Shown: piece by piece, positions 22,873-34,565 of the stretch | How the letters are laid out: each line of letters starts with the position of its first letter | Position numbering within the stretch: position 1 is the stretch's first letter | Origin: Octopus bimaculoides | Lineage: Eukaryota | Assembly: GCF_001194135.2 (NCBI RefSeq) | Contig: NC_068987.1 | Coordinates: 71,383,066-71,441,773, forward strand | Direction of reading: 5' to 3' | DNA length: 58,708 nt | The notes under the pieces: model-generated | What the model saw: the letters and a program-made list of their open reading frames with translations, nothing else | Told to the model about the DNA's origin: nothing | Databases searched by the model: none | Made by a program: the position numbers and the translations under genes

Positions 22873-24146
22873 CGAAGGTCGGCTGAAAAGTTCATAGGAT
22901 GACTGAGATACATTCATGGAATATGATCAAATTAGGTTTATTTTTCAACATAGAACTCCTTGCAGTCCACACACTTCTTCCATCAGTGTTGCTGTGCTTA
23001 AAATTCATAGGTGAAAAAGCTTTCATGCTGTTGGTCTTAATGTCATCAACAGCAGATATGAGGTCATCATCTCTGCGATATTGGTTCCCAACCAAGTGGT
23101 TTTTCAGGTTGGAAAATAGTTTATAGATGGGCTCAAATCATGAGGATACGGACAATTCAAAGCCAATCACGCACAGCAACCATTGAAACCAAGAACTTAT
23201 CTGTTGGAGCATTGTCCTGATGAATCAAGACCTCTTTCGTCAGTTTTCCTGAGTGTTTGCTTCTGATAGCCTTTTTTAATTGCCTCGGCAAGTTGGCATA
23301 TTTCCCTCCGTTGATGGTGTAGCCCTTTTCAAGATAGTCAATAAACACAATACCTTTTGCATTCCAGAAAACTGAGACCACCACTTTCCCTGCAGATCAA
23401 AGGACCTTGGCTTTCTTGGGAGTAGGTCACAGTGGGTGTATCCACCACATGGGTTATCTCTTTGTTTCTGGCTCCAAGTGATGAAGCCAACATTCATCCT
23501 CGGTTAAGAAAAGTTCAAGGAAATCAGATGATTCTGACTCAAAGAATGTCAGATTTTCCAATGATGTGATCAATCTGGTGCGATTTTGATCAGGTGTCAG
23601 AATATGTACCACTCACCGATCGATCAGAAACCTTCGTCATTCCAAGTACCTTGTGCAGAACATTCTCAACTTTCTCACTGGATATGAGAGTAGCAGTGGC
23701 TATTTGATTTATAGTCAATCGCCTATCACCTATCACCATGTAGCGAACATGATCCATGTTTTCTTCGGTAGTGGCAGTTGCAGAAGTCAAAACCTCGGGT
23801 CATTTTCAAAACTCTCCCTTCCCCTCCTAAATCCATCCGTCAACTTTTGCACTAAGGATCAAGGAGTATCTCCTAATGTAGCGACCATGTCAGCATGATT
23901 GTCGTTGGGGGCTAAACACTTTTTCTGCAAGTACTTATTACATGGTGTTGCCAAATTTTAGCCATTTTGAAGAGAAATCGCTACCAGTTACTTTTGAAAT
24001 CGTCATTAAACATTCAGATGTCAGTTTTACCTGAAAATAAACAATGCAGTCATTAATAAAATGTGTTGAGGTTAATGCATGCAAGATTACACAACTTTAG
24101 TATCCACCCTTCCTAGTCAGCCTAGGGATTTTTCAGACCACCTTTG
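22873..24146 (-). mobile_element. Near full-length (1274 bp) DD34D mariner, transposase pseudogenised
   Basis: TA at 22871-22872 and 24147-24148. TIRs CGAAGGTCGGCTGAAAA versus reverse-complemented CAAAGGTGGTCTGAAAA. Minus strand DRRLTINQIA, SVFWNAKGIVFIDYLEKG-TING, HQDNAP. Confidence 0.92.
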
Positions 24147-26397
24147 TATATTACATTCCACCTTGTTGGATACGCCTTCGCTATCCAGATTAGGAAATAG
24201 ATGCTAAAGACCTGATATACAAGGCTTACCCAGACGTAAAGGAAGGTCAAATCAGCATATATTTACACCTTTAAAAACAAGGAATACGGGTAGAACACTC
24301 CAATAAAAGCATCAATTCGGTGCAAACATAAGAGGCCTGATATTGTTCTGTGGGACAGGAAACAAAAGTCATGCATTGTTGTAAATGTTAGCTGCCCAAC
24401 AGAAGTGAATATACCATCAAAAGTTCAGGAACAAGAGAACACTTACGGTGGATTAATGCCGATCTTACAGTACTTGTACACTCATTATACCTTCTCATTT
24501 GTACCTATCATCATAGATGCATTAGGCTATGTACCAACAAATTTAAACAAAAAACTAGAAATACTAAGAACTTTTCGAAGAAATCGCATAAGCCCCTAAA
24601 GCGGATTCTCTAAATCCAACCTACTAGTGGCAAAGTAAAGATTTGTAAGACATTCCAATGATTCTCCGTTTGAGATTCTTTGGTTGAATAGATGCACACT
24701 TGGCTGTGTGCATCGACAACTCAATAGACACACCAACTCAAACACATATTCACAAGCACCGGGAACTCCCTTTTCGCTTTTTTAGCAACCGGCTTGAACT
24801 CTTTAAAAAAAACTTAAATAAAACTCAAAGAAATACATACATACATACATACATACATACATACATACGTACGTACGTAGATACATACATAGGCACGCAC
24901 GCACGCACACACACACATACATTTATTTATGCAAACCGTCATTCAGAAACATTAAAAATTCGCTATGAGCGTGTATGCATATGTAATAATATTTGTGGCG
25001 AAATTTACTCCATTTCCTTTCATATTTTACATTATGGAAATTGTGTTCCGTGTTAATAGTGTGTTACAAATTTCGCACATTTAACTTTGAATGACATTAG
25101 TGAATATTTACAATAGATACAAATGACGTTAAAAATATATTAGCGAAATAGATTCATTAATCAACTGCGTCTTTACAAATCACTTTTTAAAATGTGTTCT
25201 GAAATTTTAACTCAACGAATAATGGACTTGAAATTGGTTCAGTTAAATTTCCGTTTATTTCTCTATAAGTTCTTGATTTCACCAATTTCTATAGATTCCA
25301 TTTCAAATACAGGATGTATTATTTCGATGTTTTCATAAGCAATAAAAAAAATTAGAATTATATGTAAATGCATACGCACACATATGCATATATTTATACA
25401 GTTATATGTATATATACATGTGTGTGTGTATGTGTGCGTGTGTGTGTGCGCGTGTCTATACATATATATATATATAAAAATTTGTGTGTGTATATGTATG
25501 TGTGTATACATATTCATACATTTCTGTATGTATACAAATTGTTAAATAAATTCAACGTTCTACGTTTATTTGTTTTTTTTATATATATACTGCAAATTTG
25601 ATCGTGTCTGGCATTCAAAGAATTTAGAGACATATATATATATATATATATAGACATATATATATATATATATATNNNNNNNNNNNNNNNNNNNNNNNNN
25701 NNNNNNNNNNNNNNNNNNNNNNNNNNNNNNNNNNNNNNNNNNNNNNNNNNNNNNNNNNNNNNNNNNNNNNNNNNNNNNNNNNNNNNNNNNNNNNNNNNNN
25801 NNNNNNNNNNNNNNNNNNNNNNNNNNNNNNNNNNNNNNNNNNNNNNNNNNNNNNNNNNNNNNNNNNNNNNNNNNNNNNNNNNNNNNNNNNNNNNNNNNNN
25901 NNNNNNNNNNNNNNNNNNNNNNNNNNNNNNNNNNNNNNNNNNNNNNNNNNNNNNNNNNNNNNNNNNNNNNNNNNNNNNNNNNNNNNNNNNNNNNNNNNNN
26001 NNNNNNNNNNNNNNNNNNNNNNNNNNNNNNNNNNNNNNNNNNNNNNNNNNNNNNNNNNNNNNNNNNNNNNNNNNNNNNNNNNNNNNNNNNNNNNNNNNNN
26101 NNNNNNNNNNNNNNNNNNNNNNNNNNNNNNNNNNNNNNNNNNNNNNNNNNNNNNNNNNNNNNNNNNNNNNNNNNNNNNNNNNNNNNNNNNNNNNNNNNNN
26201 NNNNNNNNNNNNNNNNNNNNNNNNNNNNNNNNNNNNNNNNNNNNNNNNNNNNNNNNNNNNNNNNNNNNNNNNNNNNNNNNNNNNNNNNNNNNNNNNNNNN
26301 NNNNNNNNNNNNNNNNNNNNNNNNNNNNNNNNNNNNNNNNNNNNNNNNNNNNNNNNNNNNNNNNNNNNNNNNNNNNNNNNNNNNNNNNNNNNNNNNN

Positions 26398-26450
<53 letters not shown>

Positions 26451-26804
26451 CACATACACACACATTCGTACACACAGACGCAAACATGCACGCATATGCA
26501 TGTGACTACTTCATATACACATACATACATGCAGAGATACGTTCATACATAGATGCCTACGTACATAAAGATATATACATTATACCTGTATATAAGTTTC
26601 CATGCATTACATGTTTGTATGCATGCATACATGAAGCAGTTGCATGCGTATGTGTGTATGTTTGACGAAATATATTGTGTTAAGTAAGTTTCCGTATTTC
26701 AACTTTACAATTTTTTCCTCTACACAGACCCAAATTTATTTCTTTCGTTCTCCTTAAAACACAGCAAATCCATAATGAAATTCTTGCAAACGCTTTTGTA
26801 TGTG

Positions 26805-26809
<5 letters not shown>

Positions 26810-26895
<86 letters not shown>

Positions 26896-26900
26896 ACATA
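26810..26900. repeat. Long (CA)n microsatellite
   Basis: Directly visible. Confidence 0.95.
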
Positions 26901-28395
26901 CATATCCACCTTCCAAACAAAGTACCCATTTTGGAATGTTCTTTCATATTAATAGAATATATACCATTTAGATATACGTTACTCCTTATCAAAGAACAAC
27001 AAATTTCATTTAAACTTGCAGTAAAGAGGGAATTGACAAATACACCTTAAATAAATAGTTATACGAAACTGTAAAAAAAAGAGTCCATAGAAACGAAATT
27101 AAATTCGTATTTCTGAGAGAAACGGAACAAAGTGTTGATAATAGTTAAGAAAAATAAACTTTCTCTTTATATAATATTTTACACCGAGTATATAGCTACT
27201 TGGGTTTTTGTGTTATATGATTAATTCATAATACAAAACCGCGAATATTACATTTCCTATCGTTAGGACTATTTAATCCAGTAGATCAATGTTTCTAAAG
27301 CCAGGCGCTTGTTCAACCGGTGGAGCGTGGTAATATTTTGGCAGGGAGTAAGTTATTTCATAATTGGAGCGTAGTGTATAAAACCAAATTTGATGAAATT
27401 TAATTAAAACGTATTTCGAATAAATATATTTATATTATATATTTTTTTCCAAATATGGTATAATACACGTTATTGTCTTAATCGAAGTCGATCTTTAAAA
27501 AACAAAAAAGAAATAGGGAGCTAGATTTGAAGCAAGCTTACAGAAGTAAACGCATGTTATTGATGGTGTCGCGGTTGGCAATAAAAAGACTTTGACAAAT
27601 AAATGTTTGATTAATTAATGGATTAATTACCTAACGAATAGATTTTTAATGAAGTGAAATTAAACCAGTACGTTTATTAGTTTATTATGTGTGTAATGAC
27701 CCTCCCAGCATACAACAAAATGTGTTCCAACACTTGAGTTCGCAACAAGAAACTTGCATAGCAAATTCAAAACGAAATTAATTTTAAACTAATTTAAGAA
27801 ATTGTAAATCATTCATTTCCATTACATTTTTAATTTCAGTTTAAAGTAATGCGTCCCGTTAGACTTTCAAATGACGTTCATTCCTCGTGTCTTTTAATAT
27901 ATTTTACTATCGAAAATGGCTGATGGAAAAAGGAATGAAGAACAAGTGTTCTTTTCTTACTGAGGAGCTAAAACAAGAGTAAGGAAGCGGTCAAAAATGT
28001 AAGAATGTGTGGATGCGAAGCGGTAACAGAGTGAGCATTCGTCAATCACTTTGAGCGATAAATGGAAGGGACGTAAAGATGTCTATATCTCTATCTATGT
28101 ACGTATCAGTGGGTGTATAGAAATAGCAGAGCGTGAATGTGTCAAACAGCAGGCCTCTTTGTGTGTAGGCGGGGGAGTAGCCGAAGAGAAAGAATAGTTT
28201 AAGAGTGAATGTAGATAGTCTGAATTCGTGCATTCGAAGAGCATTAGTGTGATATGGTGGGTAGGTCTGGTTTGGAAATGAGGCGAGTATGATGTAGTGT
28301 AGTACGAGTACGATTGCAAGTGAGACTGTTACTCAATAAGAAAGTGAGAAGGGCAAACAGGTACAAGTATGTAATTCTGGAGTGACAACGCGAAT

Positions 28396-28637
28396 CTGTG
28401 AGTGGAAGTAAGGTATATGTATGCGTGTATGTGTCTTCCCGCCACCGCTTGACAACCGGTGTTGGTGCATTTACATCCTCGTAACTTAACGGTTCGGCAA
28501 AAGACAACGATGGAATAAGTACCAGGCTTTACAAATTATGTACTGCGGACGATACAGTCGATTAAAAATTCTTCAAGGCAGTGACCCAGCATGGCTGCAG
28601 TCTAATGACTGAAACAAGTGATAGATAAAAGAGATAA
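28396..28637 (+). mobile_element. Octopus SINE family B (OK/OR-type), 3' part
   Basis: CGCTTGACAACCGGTGTTGGTG...GGTTCGGCAAAAGA...CCAGCATGGCTGCAGTCTAATGACTGAAACAAG; aligns with 50708-50904 and 34168-34565. Confidence 0.8.
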
Positions 28638-29470
28638 CAGATACATACATATATATATATTTATGTGTGTGTGTGTGTGTGTGTGTGTGTATTGGTACAC
28701 ATGTATCTATTTTTGTGGGAGCATGTATGCAAGTATTCTGCTATGAGTAGACTCAAAGTGAGAAATTTCGCACTGAAATACCTCTGTAAACGTCGCAGTC
28801 AAACAGAACATAAAAGTCATAGAAAAGAAAACATTACGTATAATTTAATAACCCAAACCTAAACTTAATAAACAACTATCTTGCACTGATAGATCTCCCC
28901 CAAAAGACAACCGTACACACATGTGTATGCCCACGCCGTGCATTCACCATATACATGTGTATATGCATGTGTGTGTGTGTGAGTGTGTGTGTGTGTGTAG
29001 ACATATACATGTACATACAGTTGTGATAAATACCATAATATATACGTATATATATATATATATATATATATACGTGCGTGTGTCTACATACAATATATAT
29101 GTACGCGTGTATGTATATGTATGTATTTATATATACTGATGTCTGTGTTTGTGTGCATGTATTTGAACGTATTTGTGTCTGTCTGTATATCTATGCATCT
29201 ATATAGGTTAATGTAACTAGATGGGCATGAACAAACACTTCAAGATAAAAAAAAAATTATTTTGCTAAAACCTATGAAATAATGACTTCACATCTACTAA
29301 TCAAATCTAGTACAAGTAAACGTCAATCTAAATATGGACTTATATTCAGAACTTATATATACAAGTGGAGACACCTTGATCTGGCTACGATAGTTCCGAA
29401 TTTCTTAATTTTTCTACAAAACCAACAACAGCAACAACAACGAAGACAACAACAGCAAGAATAATAATAA

Positions 29471-29683
29471 TCCTTTCAATAATAGGCACAAGGCCTGAAA
29501 TTTTGGGGTGAGGGCTAGTCGATTATTATATCAACACCAGTGGTTGACCGATACTCATTCCATCGCCCCCGAAGGGCGGAAGGCAAAGTCAACCTTGCGG
29601 AATTTAAAGGTAGAGAACTTAGAAGGTAGAGACCGCTAAGCGTTTTGCCCGGCGTGATAACGATTCTGCTAGCTCGCCGCCTT
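29471..29683 (-). mobile_element. SINE family A between (AAT) and (TAC)/(TAA) tracts
   Basis: ATAGGCACAAGGCC...AAAGTCAACC...ACGATTCTGCTAGCTCGCCGCCTT. Confidence 0.8.
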
Positions 29684-29704
29684 CGCTAATACTACTACTA
29701 CTAC

Positions 29705-29756
<52 letters not shown>

Positions 29757-29757
<1 letters not shown>

Positions 29758-30288
29758 TGCCCTGATGCAGTATCAGGCAGTGGCTCTCATGCCTTCTCAC
29801 CTTAACTGATTGGCAGTGTAATCATGTACATTGTTTCGTCTTGGTATAAAAGATGGGCTACAGCAAATATTCTGCTCAAAACCATAGATTTGTTTGTCAC
29901 TTGTTTGATCTTAACTAGTTGAGCATGTCCTTTAGATTCTGACGATATATCCATCTCTGATCACGAGCAGAAATAGTGAGGGCGCCCAATTCTTTGGTGT
30001 TAGGATAATTCACCTTTGGAAACATGGGTGTTTCGTTCAACATCCATAAACAACCCTTATTCAGGGACCTATTCAGCAGGATGGGATACTCGACCTGAAA
30101 AAAATTCTAACTGGGATTCACCTGCAAGGTCATGCGCTGATTACCTTGGTATAAGGTCACCATGTCACACACATGGTTGTGATGTGTGTGCCCGGTGTAC
30201 CCTTAACAGACCGGTAGTCATAATGGGTATACTGGGCATCGTATATTGTACCGCAGTGTCACTTTGATGGGATGCACTACTCTCTCAC

Positions 30289-30290
<2 letters not shown>
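29757..30290 (+). mobile_element. 534-bp non-coding interspersed element flanked by (AAT)n and (AAC)n(AAT)n; copy 1
   Basis: Collinear homology with 32538-33015 (CTTAACTGATTG, AGTTGAGCA, TGATCACGAGCAGA, CCTGCAAGGTCAT, GTCACTTTGATGG). No credible ORF. Confidence 0.8.
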
Positions 30291-30360
<70 letters not shown>

Positions 30361-30362
<2 letters not shown>

Positions 30363-30435
30363 CCATTCTGCTATAGGCACAAGGCCGCTGCCCATTTCGC
30401 TCGGTGTGCTAACGATTCTGCCAGCTGACCGCCTT
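30361..30435 (-). mobile_element. SINE family A reduced to fused 5' and 3' ends
   Basis: ATAGGCACAAGGCC is joined almost directly to GCTAACGATTCTGCCAGCTGACCGCCTT. Confidence 0.7.
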
Positions 30436-30436
30436 C

Positions 30437-30501
<65 letters not shown>

Positions 30502-30502
<1 letters not shown>

Positions 30503-30672
30503 GATCCGTTGCACTATGGACCTGGAATTTGTGGGGAGGTGGATAGTCGATTACATCGATCCCAGTGTTTCACTGGTATTTAATTTATCGACCCCGAAAG
30601 GATGAAAGGCAAAGTCGACCTCGGTGGAATTTGAACTCAGAACGTAGCGACGGGAGAAACACCGATAAGGAT
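30502..30672 (-). mobile_element. SINE family A
   Basis: GTCGATTACATCGATCCCAGTG...GAAAGGCAAAGTCGACCTCGGTGGAATTTGAACTCAGAACGT. Confidence 0.85.
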
Positions 30673-30691
30673 TCAATCCAGCTGATGATTC

Positions 30692-31411
30692 CACAGGCGG
30701 ATCTACAATACTGCTGTCCTGAAGCTTAAAATGTCAGGAGGGCCTCCTTTACAACCAGCAGCAGTAGGGTAACATCCCACAAGGGTGAAAGAATTTTCGT
30801 TCCCTTGCAAGGAACTCCAGCCTTGAGGCCCTGATAGCCCAAATGGTGGAGTGGTGATGGAAAGTCCTTAAAAATGAGTCTGACAGTGAGCCCTCTTTCC
30901 ACCAGAAATAAAGTGAGGGTAATGACCGATATCTTTGATGATATGATTGTTTCATGGCAGATCACAATTTTCTTTACAAACTTAAGCACTACATTTTAGA
31001 TTGTGATTCCCAGAGTCACAAATGTGAACAAATATTTTCCAGGTTATGCCTTATACTTTTAAAGTTACGGGGGTTGAAAATTAGGGAAGCGTTATATACA
31101 TGCATGATGCATCATAGAATATGTAGACATAATTCAAGAAAAGTGAACTACCTGCGAGTTGTTTGTACTTTTAATGTTTATACTACTCCGCACCGACAGA
31201 AACAGCACGTGTAACAGCTAATGGCTAGACAGCGTGTAGGAGTATCAGATGATATTGTCCACCAAGACTGGTAACAGCTGTCTGTATGGCAAAATAGAAA
31301 AGCAAAAAAATTGACAGAATGAAAAGATTAAGTTGTTTCAGAGGAGCCCCTCGGGGATTAGGGGCCCTGAAGCTTAAGCATGATTTGTTTTATGGTAGAT
31401 CCGGTTCATTG
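30692..31411. mobile_element. Old hAT-like non-autonomous DNA transposon
   Basis: Left GGCGGATCTACAATA...TGAAGCTTAA; reverse-complemented right end ACCGGATCTACCATA...TGCTTAAGCTTCAGGGCCCC. No 8-bp TSD recovered. Confidence 0.5.
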
Positions 31412-31414
31412 TCT

Positions 31415-31415
<1 letters not shown>

Positions 31416-31445
<30 letters not shown>

Positions 31446-32509
31446 AAGAAGAAGAAGAAGAAGAAGANNNNNNNNNNNNNNNNNNNNNNNNNNNNNNNNN
31501 NNNNNNNNNNNNNNNNNNNNNNNNNNNNNNNNNNNNNNNNNNNNNNNNNNNNNNNNNNNNNNNNNNNNNNNNNNNNNNNNNNNNNNNNNNNNNNNNNNNN
31601 NNNNNNNNNNNNNNNNNNNNNNNNNNNNNNNNNNNNNNNNNNNNNNNNNNNNNNNNNNNNNNNNNNNNNNNNNNNNNNNNNNNNNNNNNNNNNNNNNNNN
31701 NNNNNNNNNNNNNNNNNNNNNNNNNNNNNNNNNNNNNNNNNNNNNNNNNNNNNNNNNNNNNNNNNNNNNNNNNNNNNNNNNNNNNNNNNNNNNNNNNNNN
31801 NNNNNNNNNNNNNNNNNNNNNNNNNNNNNNNNNNNNNNNNNNNNNNNNNNNNNNNNNNNNNNNNNNNNNNNNNNNNNNNNNNNNNNNNNNNNNNNNNNNN
31901 NNNNNNNNNNNNNNNNNNNNNNNNNNNNNNNNNNNNNNNNNNNNNNNNNNNNNNNNNNNNNNNNNNNNNNNNNNNNNNNNNNNNNNNNNNNNNNNNNNNN
32001 NNNNNNNNNNNNNNNNNNNNNNNNNNNNNNNNNNNNNNNNNNNNNNNNNNNNNNNNNNNNNNNNNNNNNNNNNNNNNNNNNNNNNNNNNNNNNNNNNNNN
32101 NNNNNNNNNNNNNNNNNNNNNNNNNNNNNNNNNNNNNNNNNNNNNNNNNNNNNNNNNNNNNNNNNNNNNNNNNNNNNNNNNNNNNNNNNNNNNNNNNNNN
32201 NNNNNNNNNNNNNNNNNNNNNNNNNNNNNNNNNNNNNNNNNNNNNNNNNNNNNNNNNNNNNNNNNNNNNNNNNNNNNNNNNNNNNNNNNNNNNNNNNNNN
32301 NNNNNNNNNNNNNNNNNNNNNNNNNNNNNNNNNNNNNNNNNNNNNNNNNNNNNNNNNNNNNNNNNNNNNNNNNNNNNNNNNNNNNNNNNNNNNNNNNNNN
32401 NNNNNNNNNNNNNNNNNNNNNNNNNNNNNNNNNNNNNNNNNNNNNNNNNGAAGGAGGAGGAGGAGGAGGCGGAGGAGGAGGCGGAGGAGGAGGGGAGGAG
32501 GCGGAGGAG

Positions 32510-32539
<30 letters not shown>
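31416..32539. repeat. (AAG)n/(GAG)n microsatellite spanning a gap
   Basis: Directly visible on both sides of the gap. Confidence 0.9.
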
Positions 32540-32540
<1 letters not shown>

Positions 32541-33015
32541 CTCCCAGGACTTCTCATCTTAACTGATTGAAAGTGAAATGATGGACTATGCTGAATACCA
32601 TAGATTTGCTTGTTGGATCTTAACCAGTTGAGCACGTCCTTTGGTGACTGACGATATGTTCATCTGTGATCACGAGCAGAGGATGTTGGTGAACCATGTG
32701 TTGAGAGGAGTTCTTTGAGGTTTGAATAATTCACATCTGGAAACAAGGATGTTTTATTTATTATCCTTAAACAAACCTTATTCAAGGACATTTTGGACGG
32801 GATAGGCTACTCGACCTAAGGAAAATTCTAACTGCATTTCTACCTGCAAGGTCATTCATTGTTTATCTTGATATGAGATAATCATGTCGTGCACATTTGA
32901 TTGTGATGCATGTGTCTACTGTACTCTTATCGGACGAGTAGCCCTGATGGTTATATTGGGCTTCATATATTTGTACCCCAGTATCACTTTGATGGTGTGC
33001 GCTGCTGTCTCACTC
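32538..33015 (+). mobile_element. Copy 2 of the 534-bp element, lacking ~22 bp at the 5' end, between (AAG)n and (AAT/GAT)n
   Basis: Homology to 29779-30290. Confidence 0.8.
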
Positions 33016-33993
33016 AGTAACAATGATAATGATGATGATGATGATGACAACGACGACGACATTGAAGATGATGATGGCAATGACAGTGCATCTGAACACG
33101 AATACGGAAACATCTGTTCACCAATATGTTGCTTGATATCTTTTGCAAGGAAAATATTTTACGATGAGGAACTCGTGATGCCGATTCTATTATCCGAATG
33201 TGCGACAAATAAGGCAATGGATTTATTGAGTTCTGACATATAAGTTCTATATATTTTGTCGACCTACATTGGATAGGCTAAAAAGCTAACTCAATGTTGC
33301 TATCGTTAAATACTTAGCCAAATGTTAGAGAAATAGATACACAAGTGCATCTAGCGTGACTATATATTGACTTGGTGATGTCTACAAGCCTTACAACGAC
33401 TATAAAATCCTCATTACAGCTGAACTGTATAAAAACTTTGTTGTAAATGACAGCGCCAAATTAAAAAGAATCACATGGGACATAATTGAGATATCTTGAT
33501 TACTTTCCAATTAACTTTTCAAAACTGTCAATGTTGTACGTTGTTAGAATTTCAAACTGACCAAAAGCTGGCGTAGAGTTTTCTTACTGTCAGCACTTGT
33601 AGCTTCGTTGAAAGTAAAAAGCAACAAGTGTTTCGAGACTTGTCAGATGCACGTTGACGAGTCTCGATCATGCAATACTTTCAACTGCCCACTAAATTCT
33701 GATTCTGTAGTAGAGTACACATATTTTTATAATTCTATCCATTCCTGAGATTGTGTAAATTTTTTCATGAGCCAGAAAGGTCAAAAATTATTGGCCAATA
33801 ATAACTGTGGAAGTGTTATGAATAATTCTTCTAAGACTTGTTTTTTTCAATATTTTTATTTCACTACGAGGCAACGTAGCCCTAAATGATTTAGGTATTG
33901 CCCCAAGTGATTTAGTGGATTGTATCCATCCACCTATTTACTTCAGTTTCGTAATTATTTTAACGATCCAATGTATAGATAGATCCGTCTTGC

Positions 33994-34049
<56 letters not shown>

Positions 34050-34167
34050 GCAGTGTTCTGACTCTGGTCATTTGAAGAAGCGCATGAATACAGCTATTGT
34101 TGAGTCATTGTAGTACAATATTGTGTATAATTTAGATAACATCTAGTAATTAACAGTGATTTTATAT

Positions 34168-34565
34168 GGCGGTGCTCCAGCATGGCTACAGTCAAATGAC
34201 TGAAACAAGTAAAAGAGTAAAAGAGTAAAGAGTATATGTGAGTGTGTGTGTGTGTGTGTGTGAGTGTGTGTTTGTGTATGTGTGTGTGTGAGTGTATGTG
34301 TGTGTGTATAATTATATATGGGGTGTATGCGTGTGTATACATATATATATGTATGTATAAATATACATCCGCGCGCGCGCGTGTTGTCCGCCACAACCGC
34401 TTCGCAACCGGTGTCGGATTGTTTGAGTCCCCGTAAATTAACGGTTCGGCAAAAGGAAAACGATAGAAGTTGTATCAAGTATAGAAATTGTCTCAAAATA
34501 CGCACTGAGATCGATTCGTTCGGTCATAACACTTCAAGGCGGTGCTCAAGCATAGCCGTAATCCT
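34168..34565 (+). mobile_element. Two SINE family B fragments (34168-34234 tail; ~34378-34565 body) separated by (GT)n
   Basis: GGCGGTGCTCCAGCATGGCTACAGTCAAATGACTGAAACAAGTAAAAGAG, and ACGGTTCGGCAAAAGG...AAGGCGGTGCTCAAGCATAGCC. Confidence 0.75.

Larger units (their letters stand above)
22431..24835 (+). mobile_element. Internally deleted R4/Dong-like non-LTR element (N-terminal region plus restriction-like endonuclease, RT missing), split by a mariner, followed by (TACA)n
   Basis: RGYMKRLKEYWDKKYPAFSIFSEKHSRDQA (R4/Dong-like N-terminal motif). After the mariner: KRPDIVLWDRKQKSCIVVNVSCP...KVQEQENTY...FVPIIIDALGYV. Confidence 0.75.

Noticed and set aside
27287-27605. hAT-type MITE
   Set aside because: The putative TIR match is too weak and there is no TSD.
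29938-29975. CTGACGA...GAAA in the 534-bp element as a hammerhead
   Set aside because: The intervening sequence forms no stem II, and copy 2 lacks the GAAA box.
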